A stretch of 64,000 nt of DNA from Promethearchaeota archaeon (GCA_048938105.1 JBHLMN010000002.1:288001-352000); one strand, 5' to 3'; shown: positions 1-10,670, counted from the stretch's first letter. Translations and numbers: made by a program. The notes: a model not told the origin generated them from the letters alone.

Positions 1-1
1 C

Positions 2-226
2 TTTAAATTGTTGGCTTCAGGTGCAGTCCTGCTTATATGTGATAGTGAAAAAGCTCCAGAAATTGCTCATTTTTTAAATGAAAACCATTATCCTGCTGAG
101 ATTATTGGTAGAGTAACAGAAAAAGGAAGTCCAATTCGAGTAGATGGTAGGCTTATCCAACCACCTGAAGCTGATCAGATTATCCAAGGATTAAAACAAC
201 TTTCTAGATTAAAAAATACCAATTAA
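2..226 (+). CDS. AIR synthase/HypE-like protein, C-terminal fragment (runs off window start)
   Basis: Open from window start; LLASGAVLL...AEIIGRV pattern typical of the AIRS C-terminal domain. Confidence 0.65.
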   Translation, partial: FKLLASGAVLLICDSEKAPEIAHFLNENHYPAEIIGRVTEKGSPIRVDGRLIQPPEADQIIQGLKQLSRLKNTN

Positions 227-1284
227 TGTCCTGTAACGCCTGTATCCATTTGAACTATGAAAGAATCACCAAAAACATGCAATGCTTCCCTTATTCTGAT
301 CGCATTCTCCTTATCTACCGCAAGCGCAAACATACATCCTCCGAATCCAGCACCAGTAAGTTTTGCTCCTAAGGCTCCTTTATCTATAGCAGTTTTACAC
401 ATAACATCAAGTTTTGGATGTGAAACTTTATAGTTTTCTTTTAAATAATATTGTTGTTCTGTCAGAAGTCTACCTATATAATTCAAATCATAATTTTTTC
501 TCTTCAATTCTTCAAAAGCAGCTTGGGTATTATCACGAATTCCAATAACACCTAGTAACCGTTTTTGTTGTAATTGTGAAAGCTTTGCTAATCTTATCAC
601 TTCTTCGGTTAAATCATTCAATTTAGGAGTGTTAAAATCCTTTAATGCCTGAAAAATATCCTGCTGTACTTTTTTTAGAGGAATATCTGCTTTTCTTTTA
701 ACACCTGAGTTGGCAATGATGAAATAGACGTTTTTCAAGGAATAAATGGGTGTAATCTCAGGTTTTCCTTGGGAAGTCATATAAAAAATCCCACCTAAAG
801 AACATGCATATTGATCCATCCTTCCACAAGAGATTCCTAAAATATCATGTTCACAAAAATAAGCTATCTCTGCAATTTTTTCTTCGTTAAAATTATACTT
901 TAGTATTAAATTTGATATTAGAAAGACCATAGTGGTAAGAAGAGCAGCTGAAGACGACATCCCCGCTCGTATTGGAATACTACTATCGATTAATATCTCA
1001 GAAGGGAGAAAAAGATTCAGTTCCTCCCAAAAATAAAGAAGAGCTGCTTTTAGATAATCATAAGGAGAACCTGTGATTTGCGGCTTATCAGTAAGAATGA
1101 GTTTTTCAACCTGATTCAATTGATGACTCTGGAGTTTCACATTAGTTGATCCTTTATGGAGCTGATAATACAATTTTAATCGCTTATTAATGGCCATTGG
1201 GATAACAGGGAGACCAAGATAATCTTGATGTTCACCAAAGAGACAAATTCTGCCAGGAGAGCTAACATATCCTTTATTTTGCAT
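223..1284 (-). CDS. galK: Galactokinase-like GHMP sugar kinase
   Basis: PGRICLFGEHQDY, IPIRAGMSSSAA, CGRMDQ and GAKLTGAGFGGC motifs; ATG at 1284 preferred over the ORF-track start at 1377. Confidence 0.8.
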   Translation of the reverse strand: MQNKGYVSSPGRICLFGEHQDYLGLPVIPMAINKRLKLYYQLHKGSTNVKLQSHQLNQVEKLILTDKPQITGSPYDYLKAALLYFWEELNLFLPSEILIDSSIPIRAGMSSSAALLTTMVFLISNLILKYNFNEEKIAEIAYFCEHDILGISCGRMDQYACSLGGIFYMTSQGKPEITPIYSLKNVYFIIANSGVKRKADIPLKKVQQDIFQALKDFNTPKLNDLTEEVIRLAKLSQLQQKRLLGVIGIRDNTQAAFEELKRKNYDLNYIGRLLTEQQYYLKENYKVSHPKLDVMCKTAIDKGALGAKLTGAGFGGCMFALAVDKENAIRIREALHVFGDSFIVQMDTGVTGH

Positions 1285-1477
1285 ATTGAGAAGTAGAACT
1301 ACTGGACTATTTTTATCCTTTTTTATGAGATTATCTATAATCTCTTTGCCGTCCCATTCTGGATGAGAGAAATGCAAGCTAATATCTTCTAAATTATTGA
1401 ACTTATTCTGATATTATTTGGAAATTAGCGTCTACTGAGAATTTAAAAGGAGATCAACATTTGTAGTTATTAGAAAA

Positions 1478-1812
1478 ATGTTAGAAGCCAAAGAACTCCA
1501 AGATTATCAGATTGAAGATGAAAACCTTACAATAAGAGCAAAATTGATTTTCACCTACTATTATTAGCGATACTGACTGCTTTTGATCTCGAAATAACAG
1601 AAAATCAGATTTACCAGAACATGAAGAGGCTATTTATTCAGCTTAATCTTCCAGTCAAGAGAAATTTTGCTTCCAAAGTTCGGTTTAGTCTCTCTTTTTT
1701 ACTTCAGGACGATTTAATTTTCAATCAGAGATCCAAATATAGTATTTCAGAGAAAGGTGAGCCTTTAGGCATCCATGTTTTGAAATGTTTCCGTCAGACA
1801 TTCCAGTATTAA
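1478..1812 (+). pseudogene. Small winged-helix protein, apparently frameshifted or with a non-canonical start
   Basis: Frame of the 1621 ORF is open from 1522 (KPYNKSKIDFHLLLL...SLSFLLQDDLIFNQRSKYSISEKG, wHTH-like wing); upstream ATGs at 1478 and 1518 are in other frames. Confidence 0.4.
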
Positions 1813-1975
1813 CCAATCTTACATTCTCTTTGCCTGTTATAACAAGCCATTATGCCATAGAGTCAAAGTACTAGTGAGCTAAAAAACCACCGCTATGCAC
1901 ATATAATCAAACATAAGCCACATATTTATAGTTGTATTAACTATTTTATCTAATACACATAAAGGAGTTAGATCA

Positions 1976-2845
1976 ATGACCCTCAAAATTAAAGTGGAGA
2001 ATTTAGATTTATTTACTAAGGTACTGAATGCAGCAGCGGCTGTTTTAGAGGATGACGGAACATTCTTGATAACTCCTCAAGATGGTATGACTCTTAGAAA
2101 CATGGATAAGTCACGATTTGCAATGGTTGATCTGAAAATTCAACCCACCTATTTTGGTGATAACTTTGAGTGTGATAAAGAATATCTCATTACTGTGCAA
2201 ATGCAAGACCTTAAAAAAATCCTACAACGTGCTAGAAGAGATGATACTTTAACCTTGGAATTGGATGAAGCCAATGATACTCTGTCTTTTCTTTATGAAA
2301 GTCATATAAAGAGACGATTTGTGTTACCTCTCACAATGGCGGAGGAGAATGTCTTACCCGATCCCACCTCACTTAAGCATGATGCTCAAGCCAGACTTAA
2401 AGGTGGAGCATTAACAGAATTCATTAAAGATGCTGCAATCATCGGTGGTAGTATCAAAATCACTGCTGACACAGGAAAATTAAGTTTTAGTAGTTCCCAA
2501 GATAAAAAAGAGGTCAAGATAGACCTTGATGTTAGTTCAGATGAATCTGAAGCCCTTGAAATTTCAGCTGAAGGGCGTTCTGAGGCATTATACTCAATAG
2601 ATACATTTAAAAATCTCATTCTGGTTGATCAAGCCTTTGCAGTTGTAAATCTTGCTTTTAGTACTGACCACCCCTTGAAATTAATGTACACGAATGATAC
2701 TGGGATTGTATTAGGTTATCTTCTCGCACCTATGCAACCAGAGGCTGGAATGGAAGAAGATGAGGATATGGAAGGAGCCTATGAAGATGAGGATTGGGAT
2801 GAAGACGAAGACGAAGATGAGGATTGGGATGAAGACGAAGATTAG
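1976..2845 (+). CDS. pcn: PCNA sliding clamp with acidic C-terminal extension
   Basis: MDKSRFAMVDL, ALYSIDTF, FSTDHPLKL and YLLAP PCNA motifs; AAGGAG RBS; upstream of the RFC genes. Confidence 0.95.
   Translation: MTLKIKVENLDLFTKVLNAAAAVLEDDGTFLITPQDGMTLRNMDKSRFAMVDLKIQPTYFGDNFECDKEYLITVQMQDLKKILQRARRDDTLTLELDEANDTLSFLYESHIKRRFVLPLTMAEENVLPDPTSLKHDAQARLKGGALTEFIKDAAIIGGSIKITADTGKLSFSSSQDKKEVKIDLDVSSDESEALEISAEGRSEALYSIDTFKNLILVDQAFAVVNLAFSTDHPLKLMYTNDTGIVLGYLLAPMQPEAGMEEDEDMEGAYEDEDWDEDEDEDEDWDEDED
2783..2842 (+). repeat. 30-bp tandem duplication encoding EDEDWDEDED x2 in the PCNA tail
   Basis: GAAGATGAGGATTGGGATGAAGACGAAGAC / ...GAAGAT directly before the stop codon. Confidence 0.9.
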
Positions 2846-2886
2846 AATGAGAAGATAAAAGCCACTAAATCCGTACAGGTTTAGAA

Positions 2887-3885
2887 ATGGGGAAAAAATT
2901 GGTCAAAATTGAGCGAATGTGGACTGAATCATTTCGTCCAAGGACGTTAGATGATGTCGTTGGCCAAACAGATATCGTTGAACGTTTAAAACAATTTGTA
3001 CAAAGGGTCGATTTTCCCCATATGCTCTTCTCAGGCCCCGCAGGAGTAGGAAAAACAACCTGTGCTGAGGCAATTGTCAACCATATTTATCCTCCTGTTG
3101 AACGAAGTAGTAACGTAAAACGGCTAAACGCCTCTGATGATCGCGGAATTAACGTGGTTCGTCAAGACATAAAGAATTTTGCTAGAATTATACCCTCAGG
3201 ATCCTCTAGTTACAAAATAATTATTCTTGATGAAGCTGATCAGATGACGAGCGACGCACAACATGCAATGCGTCAGACAATGGAACGATATAATGAGATA
3301 ACCCGCTTTATTCTTATTTGTAACTATAGCTCAAAAATAATTTCTCCTATCCAATCACGATGTGCAATTTTCCGTTTTAAGGGGCTTAATAGTGACGAAA
3401 TAAAGTCTCGACTCCAGTATATTGCTGAAAAGAAGCAGTTACATATAGATGAAGAAGCGTTCGATGCGTTATATGAAAGCTCCGAGGGTGATCTTCGTCA
3501 AGCAATTAACGCTCTTCAAGCTTCTGCTTCTCTTACTTCTGATATCAGTGTTGATGTGGTTTACCAGGTTCAAGGATATGTTAAACCAACAGAAGTAAGG
3601 GCTGCTCTTATGGAGTGTTTAGAAACCCATCCTAATTTTTCTGCAGCTAGAAAACGTATTCAAGTCTTAATGGAATCATATGGGCTTTCTGGACAGGATC
3701 TTGTCAAACATCTTAATAGAGAGCTAAGTCGGATATCTGATGATGAAATTTCTGAATCTGTCAGATTTGCAGCTCTTTCAATGCTTTCTGAAGTGGATTA
3801 CCGTATCGCTTCTGGTTCTAATCCCCAGATTCAATTAGATGCATTCTTAGCAAAAATGATCTCAGTTGCACAAAAACAGAGGTAG
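2887..3885 (+). CDS. rfcS: Replication factor C small subunit
   Basis: WTESFRP, Walker A GPAGVGKT, LNASDDRGI, DEAD, SPIQSRC (SRC motif), GDLRQAIN. Confidence 0.96.
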   Translation: MGKKLVKIERMWTESFRPRTLDDVVGQTDIVERLKQFVQRVDFPHMLFSGPAGVGKTTCAEAIVNHIYPPVERSSNVKRLNASDDRGINVVRQDIKNFARIIPSGSSSYKIIILDEADQMTSDAQHAMRQTMERYNEITRFILICNYSSKIISPIQSRCAIFRFKGLNSDEIKSRLQYIAEKKQLHIDEEAFDALYESSEGDLRQAINALQASASLTSDISVDVVYQVQGYVKPTEVRAALMECLETHPNFSAARKRIQVLMESYGLSGQDLVKHLNRELSRISDDEISESVRFAALSMLSEVDYRIASGSNPQIQLDAFLAKMISVAQKQR

Positions 3886-3890
3886 AATTC

Positions 3891-5531
3891 TTGGGCTCAT
3901 CTTGGGTTCAGAAACATGCGCCAAGACGTCGTTCAGAAGTTGTTGGCAATAAAGAAAGTGTTAACTCTATTATTGCTTATTTAAACCGATTTCGTAATCC
4001 AAAATTAAGATCTAAGCTCGTTAAAAAAGCAATTTTATTATATGGTCCTCCAGGAATCGGGAAAACGAGTTCCGTTTTAGCAATAGCAAAAGGTTTGAAT
4101 TTTGATGTTGTAACAGTTAACGCTAGTGACAATCGAAATAAAAACTCTCTTCAGAGTGTTCGTAATGCATCAATTTTCAGTTCTCTTAAAGAAAATTTAG
4201 ATTCAAAAGTTGTTGGTCAAATTTTATTGATTGATGAAGTAGATGGACTAAGTGGAACTGCAGATAGGGGAGGATTGAAAGAAATCGTGGATATAATAAC
4301 TTCTACTCGGATTCCACTAATCTTAACGGCCAATGATGTTTCGTCACAGAAATTTAAAACTCTTAGGAAATATTGTGAGTTACGTGAATTTAAACCTCCC
4401 AGATCTGAAGAAATTTTAGAAATTCTACAAAGGATTGTCGAAGTAGAATCGATATCTGTATCTAAGACAATTTTACTTCAATTGATTGAAATGAGCCAGA
4501 ATGATATACGTGGTTCAATCAATTCGTTACAAATATTAGCTAGTGGGAAAAAAGAAATTGTTAAGGAAGATCTTAATATAATCACTTATCGAGACACAAC
4601 TGTTGATATCCGTGAATTTTTCAGAACATTATTTGTGGATGGGGATGGAGATAAGGCTTACCTACAGACACGTACGTTAAGTGATGTTGATTACAATAAA
4701 CTTCTTCTACTTCTTCGTGATTTATCCATCTATTTTTTACCAAAAAATAATTATGAACAGATAGCTCAGGTTTACGATTTGTTAGCCAAAGCAGATGTGG
4801 CTTTAACTCGTTCACAGAGGAAAATGATTTGGTCACAACTTGCATATTTCTACAGCTATTGTACAAAAGAATTAGCTAGTGTTATCACCCCAGTTCCTGA
4901 ATTACCTTCTTTTCCAGATTGGCAATTACAGGTACCAACATATTGGATAACACTTTCTAGACAAAAAAAAGGGAGAAGAATCGCTACCAAAGTTGGCCGT
5001 GCATGTCAAGTCTCGTCACAGAGAGCAATAAACTTCTTTTTTCCCTATTTACGGTTTATTTTTCAACACAATCCTGAGTTGGCAGCAGAATTAGCTTTGG
5101 AGTTTCAATTCTTCGATGTTGAACCTGGAAAGCGAAAATCTAAGATCATCTGGAATGGTGAAATTGATTATTTTGTTAAAAATAAAGACATAAACCGTGC
5201 AATCAAAAAAAGGATTCGTGAACTCTATCCTCAATTAGAGCGTATTCGAGAACGAACCATTAATGCGGAAAGATTAGAAAAGATTAAGGAACAACAAGAG
5301 CTGATGAGGATAGAAGTTCAAAAAGGAAAAAATGATATCCCCCAAGATAGATTGAAATCTTCAATTAAGATCGAATCTACTCAACAGGTTACGAAGTCTC
5401 ATAAAAAGAGAACAAAAAAAACCAAGAAAAAAGAGTCAAGAAAACCAAAAGAATCTCAAACTAAGACAGAATCGCGAAAACAAAAAAATAAAAAGCTCTC
5501 TTCTGAGAAAACCTTGTCAGATTTTTTTTAA
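3891..5531 (+). CDS. rfcL: Replication factor C large subunit
   Basis: WVQKHAP, GPPGIGKT, NASD, DEVDG, DIRGSIN; basic tail ending in PIP-like KTLSDFF. Confidence 0.95.
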   Translation: MGSSWVQKHAPRRRSEVVGNKESVNSIIAYLNRFRNPKLRSKLVKKAILLYGPPGIGKTSSVLAIAKGLNFDVVTVNASDNRNKNSLQSVRNASIFSSLKENLDSKVVGQILLIDEVDGLSGTADRGGLKEIVDIITSTRIPLILTANDVSSQKFKTLRKYCELREFKPPRSEEILEILQRIVEVESISVSKTILLQLIEMSQNDIRGSINSLQILASGKKEIVKEDLNIITYRDTTVDIREFFRTLFVDGDGDKAYLQTRTLSDVDYNKLLLLLRDLSIYFLPKNNYEQIAQVYDLLAKADVALTRSQRKMIWSQLAYFYSYCTKELASVITPVPELPSFPDWQLQVPTYWITLSRQKKGRRIATKVGRACQVSSQRAINFFFPYLRFIFQHNPELAAELALEFQFFDVEPGKRKSKIIWNGEIDYFVKNKDINRAIKKRIRELYPQLERIRERTINAERLEKIKEQQELMRIEVQKGKNDIPQDRLKSSIKIESTQQVTKSHKKRTKKTKKKESRKPKESQTKTESRKQKNKKLSSEKTLSDFF

Positions 5532-5557
5532 TTTTTCAATTTAGTCAAGATAGAGGG

Positions 5558-7480
5558 TCATTTTAATTCATTCAATTGAAAATTTGTTTTTTGTTGGACA
5601 TACCATATCTCCAATTCTTCTGCTTCTTTTGAAACTCGTTTTAGGGTGTTTATTCCCACCTCCTCATTCCCTGATTTTATCCGCAGATTTGCTTTTAAAA
5701 GGTTAGAATCAAGAATGAAAGCTTTTGATCCAGACATCATTGCACTTTCCTCTGCAAGAGTACAATGGTTTTCTGCTTGCTTTAAATTTCCTTTCTCCAT
5801 TTCTATATAAGATAGATTTAGATTTGCATCAATAGACACTTTTAAATCAGCTAAATCCGTCTTAGTAATCTCTAACGACTTTTGATACCATTTACGTGCC
5901 TTAGAAAAATCTTGCATCAAGAGATGAATGTATCCCATGCTAAGATAGATACGTGAGAGACCATGAATGGAATTCCATTTGAGAAAAACCTTTTCTGAAC
6001 GGTTCAATAACTTTAATGCCTGTGATTCATGAGAGTGCAAAGCTAGGAGTTCTGATAACAAGACAACATTAAGTGGATTTAATGAGTCCTTACTTTGAAA
6101 TAGTGGTTGTATGGTTCTAATGGCTTGAGGAAAATTTCTCAAATTACGATATAAAGTAGCCTCTGCTCGTAAGAATCTACTGAATATTGGAGAATTGGGA
6201 ATAAATTGACGTTGAAACTCACTTCTCTTTGCAAAATAGGTTAAAGCTCGATTGAATTGCCCTCGGTACACTGAAATATATCCTTTCATATGATTAATTT
6301 CTAGTATTAGTTGGTGCTTATATTCATCAGAGACATCTAGGTGACTAATTGTCCGTTCTGCAAAATTAATGTGTTTCTCTGCTTTCATCCAAAGATTAAG
6401 ACCAATTAATGTTTGAGCGTAATTTATATTTGCATCAAGGAAATATAATCCTTTCATTCTATCATCCGCAGTACGAATAGCCGAATTCAGGTGACGAAGG
6501 GACCATTCTTGTGATTCATTGAAGCGGCTTAAATTACGAAAAAAATGGCTTAATTTTTCCTCTGAAAACATTACTGCAAGATAATTCTTCTGTTTCGTGA
6601 ATAGGTCAATTTCTGATGCAAGATTATCTAATGCTTTTTTGTACATTCCTTGTCTCCAATAAGCATCAGATATTTCTGAGTAGCATTCAGCAAGAGACGC
6701 AGGATTTTTAAGAGTCTCATAAATGGATTTAGCATGATTGAGGAAACGGAGCCCCTCAGTAATTGTAGCATTGATCTGTCTCAAAAGAGAACCCACAATA
6801 GATGCAAACCTTGCTCCAGCTTCCCTGCCCTCAAATTCTTGAATTAAGTCAAAAGCGATATTAAAAGAAGCCATCATATCATAATAATTTTTCTCCTGAA
6901 TTGATTCAATTGCTTTAGAAATGTTGTTTGAAACCAATTCATAGGCTGACTTCTCATAAGATCTCCCTAGAGATATTGTATTCCTTTGAACTAGTTTAAC
7001 CAGGTTATCAGGAACATTAAACATTATTAAGAGTTCTTTATCTTTACTGGGAGATAGAGCCGGGTTACGATTCTTTAATATTATCTGGAAAACATGTTCA
7101 AGCCGTTCATTTTCTATATAATTCCATAAAATCTTCGCAGCTCGATGTTCGGCTTCTAGTTGATTATTACCTTCCTCTAAGGCCTTGTAATAGAATGTAT
7201 TAAAGACCCTTAAGAAGTCTTGTTGAAAATGATAGCTTATTACTAGGTTTTCATCATATTGAGCCATTTCTTCCGTGATTATTTGAGAGAAGAGCTTACT
7301 AGCTAATAAAAAGTGAATATCACGATCAGATGTTTTTCTCAGTTGGTTAATTAAAATTGCGATGGTATTGTCTTTCAATTGGGGTTTAAGGTAATCTAGA
7401 TCGCCAAAATGTCTAGAAGGTTCATTCTGAAGATAAACATGAACAAGATGTGAATAATCATTCTGTAGTGATTCATTCAT
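5558..7480 (-). CDS. Large tetratricopeptide-repeat protein
   Basis: Repeated TPR-like helices (GYIHLLMQDFSKARKWYQKSLEI, AYWRQGMYKKALD); start placed at 7480 (track 7528). Confidence 0.75.
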   Translation of the reverse strand: MNESLQNDYSHLVHVYLQNEPSRHFGDLDYLKPQLKDNTIAILINQLRKTSDRDIHFLLASKLFSQIITEEMAQYDENLVISYHFQQDFLRVFNTFYYKALEEGNNQLEAEHRAAKILWNYIENERLEHVFQIILKNRNPALSPSKDKELLIMFNVPDNLVKLVQRNTISLGRSYEKSAYELVSNNISKAIESIQEKNYYDMMASFNIAFDLIQEFEGREAGARFASIVGSLLRQINATITEGLRFLNHAKSIYETLKNPASLAECYSEISDAYWRQGMYKKALDNLASEIDLFTKQKNYLAVMFSEEKLSHFFRNLSRFNESQEWSLRHLNSAIRTADDRMKGLYFLDANINYAQTLIGLNLWMKAEKHINFAERTISHLDVSDEYKHQLILEINHMKGYISVYRGQFNRALTYFAKRSEFQRQFIPNSPIFSRFLRAEATLYRNLRNFPQAIRTIQPLFQSKDSLNPLNVVLLSELLALHSHESQALKLLNRSEKVFLKWNSIHGLSRIYLSMGYIHLLMQDFSKARKWYQKSLEITKTDLADLKVSIDANLNLSYIEMEKGNLKQAENHCTLAEESAMMSGSKAFILDSNLLKANLRIKSGNEEVGINTLKRVSKEAEELEIWYVQQKTNFQLNELK

Positions 7481-7564
7481 AAGCATCAATAATAAAAGTA
7501 AAAGAGGATTAAAAGACTGACGAATCATTGCATTGTGAAAAGAATAGCGTAAAAAGGTGCTGTA

Positions 7565-8662
7565 ATGACTAAAAACAGTATTTATGCAAATAGATTGATG
7601 AAACTTAAATCTAGTATGAAAGCGGCGCAGATTGAAAGCTTAATCATCTTCCCTGGCGTGAATTTTAGATATATTTTTGGTTTAATGGAAGAACCAAGTG
7701 AGAGACTTTTTGTAGGTATAATTGAAACCGAAAACTCTCCCAAGATGCTAGTTCCTAGTTTTGAAGTAGATCGGGTAAAAAGATTAACAGGAATAACGGA
7801 TTGTATTGGATGGGAAGAGACTCAAGATCCTTATAGTCTACTCCCCAAATTTATGTCCTTAGATCATGGGAAAACAATAGCAATTGAACCAAAAATGTGG
7901 TTCTCAGTATATCAAAAAATTGCTAAAAAATTTCCTGAAAAGAAATTCATATCTGCATCTGTTTTTTTTAATCCGCTACGTGCAGTTAAAGATGAACATG
8001 AACAGAAGCTTCTTTTGAAAGCATCTCAAAAATCGGGAGACGCTATTGTTGCAACATTAAACGAATTAGAGGTTGGTATTTCTGAAGCCGAAGTTAAGTC
8101 TATTCTTAAAGAGAAGCTATCGTGGGGTTTAAATGAAAGGTCAGGATCCTTGGTTCAGTTTGGTGAAAATTCTTCGTTACCTCACTACCCTGGGGGAAAT
8201 AAGAAATTAGTAAAAGACGATATTGTACTCATTGATGCAGGAGGAACTATAGAAAACTATTGGGGTGATATCACTATTACAACAGTCTTTGGAAAGGCTT
8301 CTAGAAGATTCAAAGAAATTTATGATATTGTATATCAAGCTAATAAAATAGGAAAAGAAGCAGTTATCAAAAATAAACTTCCTTCTGATGTTGATTTAGC
8401 AACGAGAGAATTTATCATGAGTAAAGGGCATGGAGAGTTCTTTACTCACAGGACAGGTCATGGTATCGGTTTGGAGGTGCATGAACATCCATATATTGTG
8501 GGGAATAATCGAACACCCTTGGTTCCTGGTAATGTATTTACAATTGAACCTGGAATCTATTTACCAGGTGAATTTGGTATTCGTATTGAAGATAACGTTA
8601 TTAAAACCGAAACAGGAATTAAAACAAGCCAGATTCCTTGGTATGAACTTCTAGAGATTTGA
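7565..8662 (+). CDS. pepQ: Xaa-Pro peptidase (M24B, PepQ-like)
   Basis: Creatinase N domain plus IDAG, GDIT, HRTGHGIGLEVHE, TIEPGIY and GIRIED. Confidence 0.92.
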   Translation: MTKNSIYANRLMKLKSSMKAAQIESLIIFPGVNFRYIFGLMEEPSERLFVGIIETENSPKMLVPSFEVDRVKRLTGITDCIGWEETQDPYSLLPKFMSLDHGKTIAIEPKMWFSVYQKIAKKFPEKKFISASVFFNPLRAVKDEHEQKLLLKASQKSGDAIVATLNELEVGISEAEVKSILKEKLSWGLNERSGSLVQFGENSSLPHYPGGNKKLVKDDIVLIDAGGTIENYWGDITITTVFGKASRRFKEIYDIVYQANKIGKEAVIKNKLPSDVDLATREFIMSKGHGEFFTHRTGHGIGLEVHEHPYIVGNNRTPLVPGNVFTIEPGIYLPGEFGIRIEDNVIKTETGIKTSQIPWYELLEI

Positions 8663-8876
8663 TCATGTTATAAAAATCTAGTGAGAAGTAATCCTCAGAT
8701 TATGGTGAAAGAGATGAATAAATGAAAAAAGGAAAAAACTCACTAATTATTGTGCACGAGAAGCACTTTAAGATTGTTACCGTTTAAGATGAGGCCAAAA
8801 AAACTTCCACAGACTTAAAAAGTGAAAATATTAACGATTAAAAGGAGTTACAGAATCAGGAGGCCTTTGAGAACAT

Positions 8877-9878
8877 ATGGAAATCAGAAAAATTCAGGTT
8901 ACTGGAGCTGGTGATACCCGTATCATCTCTCTTCCTAAGGATTGGGCAGAGCGGTACCACCTTGACAAGGGAGACAATATTATTATTAAAGAACTTTCTA
9001 CTGGTGACTTAATTGTTTATCCTCAGAAAGCTCTTGAACCTCAAAAACGAATAGCGAGAATCATAGAATCTGATCATGTAAATCGAGATATTCTCGCTGC
9101 ATACCTGTTAGGGAGTGATATAATAATTGTTATCTCAGAGAAGGGGGAAGCATTAACTCAAAAAAGCAATATTAAGGAGCTAAGTCGTCAATTGATTGGT
9201 TTAGAAATCCTTGGTGAAACCCAAGAGAGTATTGAACTTCACTTCTTAATTGGAGAAGAAAAAGAAAACCCCCGTAAGTATGTCGAAAGATGCTTTTCAA
9301 TTGCAAACCAAATGCAGAGTGATGCTATCACCGCTTTCTTGAAAGAAGATGCAAAGCTAGCTAGGGAAGTAATAGATAGGGATGTGGAGGTTAATAGACT
9401 TTATTTCCTTATTGTGCGAATGTTAAAAATAATGGCTGATGATAAACGTGAGGTATCATATTTAAAAGGCCCTGCCTGCCTGGATTGGCGAATGATTGCC
9501 ACATATAGTGAAGATTTGGGAGATGCTTCAGTTGAATTCGCTAGAATTGTGAAAAAGAATCCAGTCATGAATAAAAGCCTCTCTTCAGAAACTCTAGGAA
9601 AGATTAAAGCATTGAGCGATCTAACTACTGAGTCATTAAATCAAAGTTTAGACCTTTTTTTTGAGCAGAATGTCATTGGGGCTGAGATTTTGAAAAGGAA
9701 AATTGCTACTCAGCTCCGTAATGCTCATAAGGAGATTCAGGATGACATTTCTAAACTTGAAAAAGAAGTCGTGTGGCAATTATCCTCCCTTCTAAACTTA
9801 TTCAAGGAGCTTCATGAAACAGCTATTGATATCGGAGATCTAGTTATTGCTAAAGTCAATAATGAATCTGAAAAATAA
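8877..9878 (+). CDS. phoU: AbrB-PhoU archaeal phosphate-uptake regulator
   Basis: N-terminal RKIQVTG..IISLPKDWA (AbrB-like), AAYLLG and DVEVNRLYFL PhoU motifs; AGGAGG RBS. Confidence 0.85.
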   Translation: MEIRKIQVTGAGDTRIISLPKDWAERYHLDKGDNIIIKELSTGDLIVYPQKALEPQKRIARIIESDHVNRDILAAYLLGSDIIIVISEKGEALTQKSNIKELSRQLIGLEILGETQESIELHFLIGEEKENPRKYVERCFSIANQMQSDAITAFLKEDAKLAREVIDRDVEVNRLYFLIVRMLKIMADDKREVSYLKGPACLDWRMIATYSEDLGDASVEFARIVKKNPVMNKSLSSETLGKIKALSDLTTESLNQSLDLFFEQNVIGAEILKRKIATQLRNAHKEIQDDISKLEKEVVWQLSSLLNLFKELHETAIDIGDLVIAKVNNESEK

Positions 9879-10077
9879 TTTATGAATCATTTAATACTTC
9901 TTAATAATATACACATCAATAAGAAATCAGATTTCAGAAACTAATGCTATTATTCTTTATGTAGTCTAATGTTAAAAGTTTAATATAGAGATAGCGGAAA
10001 CCAGATAGAAAGTCTAATAAAGTTATTTTAAAGTGTGTGAATTAGAAACAAATCAGTCAATTGGAGAACACAGAGAA

Positions 10078-10302
10078 ATGGCTATTAAGGAACAAATTGC
10101 TCAATCACTAGAAGAATTGCGAGTATACTTACAACGCGATGGTGGCGATGTAGAGTTCGTAGATTATGAAGACGGGGTTCTTAAAGTACGATTAATGGGA
10201 GCTTGCAGGGGATGCCCATATTCGCAGATGACACTTGCCAACGGTATTAAACGTACTTTACAACAGAAGTTTCCTCAGTTACAGGAAGTAGAAAATGTTT
10301 AG
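10078..10302 (+). CDS. NifU/NfuA-type Fe-S scaffold
   Basis: LQRDGGDVEFV...GACRGCPYSQMTL. Confidence 0.92.
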   Translation: MAIKEQIAQSLEELRVYLQRDGGDVEFVDYEDGVLKVRLMGACRGCPYSQMTLANGIKRTLQQKFPQLQEVENV

Positions 10303-10670
10303 CTTTTGGTAAAAGAAATTATTTTTTACTTATTTTTATATGTAAGCTCTTCTAAGCCTCAAATCAATCAGGAGATGTTATTGCTCCTTGATTATCTTTT
10401 TTAAAATATTATTCAAATGCTTGTATAACAATAATCCCAATATTAATGTTATTTTTAGATCAAATGTACTGGTTATTCTAAAGAATTGGACTAACTGAAT
10501 CAGGAATTAATATAGATAAGAACATACTATAATTTTATACTTTCAATTCCCTTTTAAAGGAAATTAGAGAATTTATGTTAATAAACTTTGATGTTGTATA
10601 TTTAAATAATTCATCTGATATTATTCTTCTGAATTAATTATATCAAAAAGATTATTTCTGTTGAATTTCA

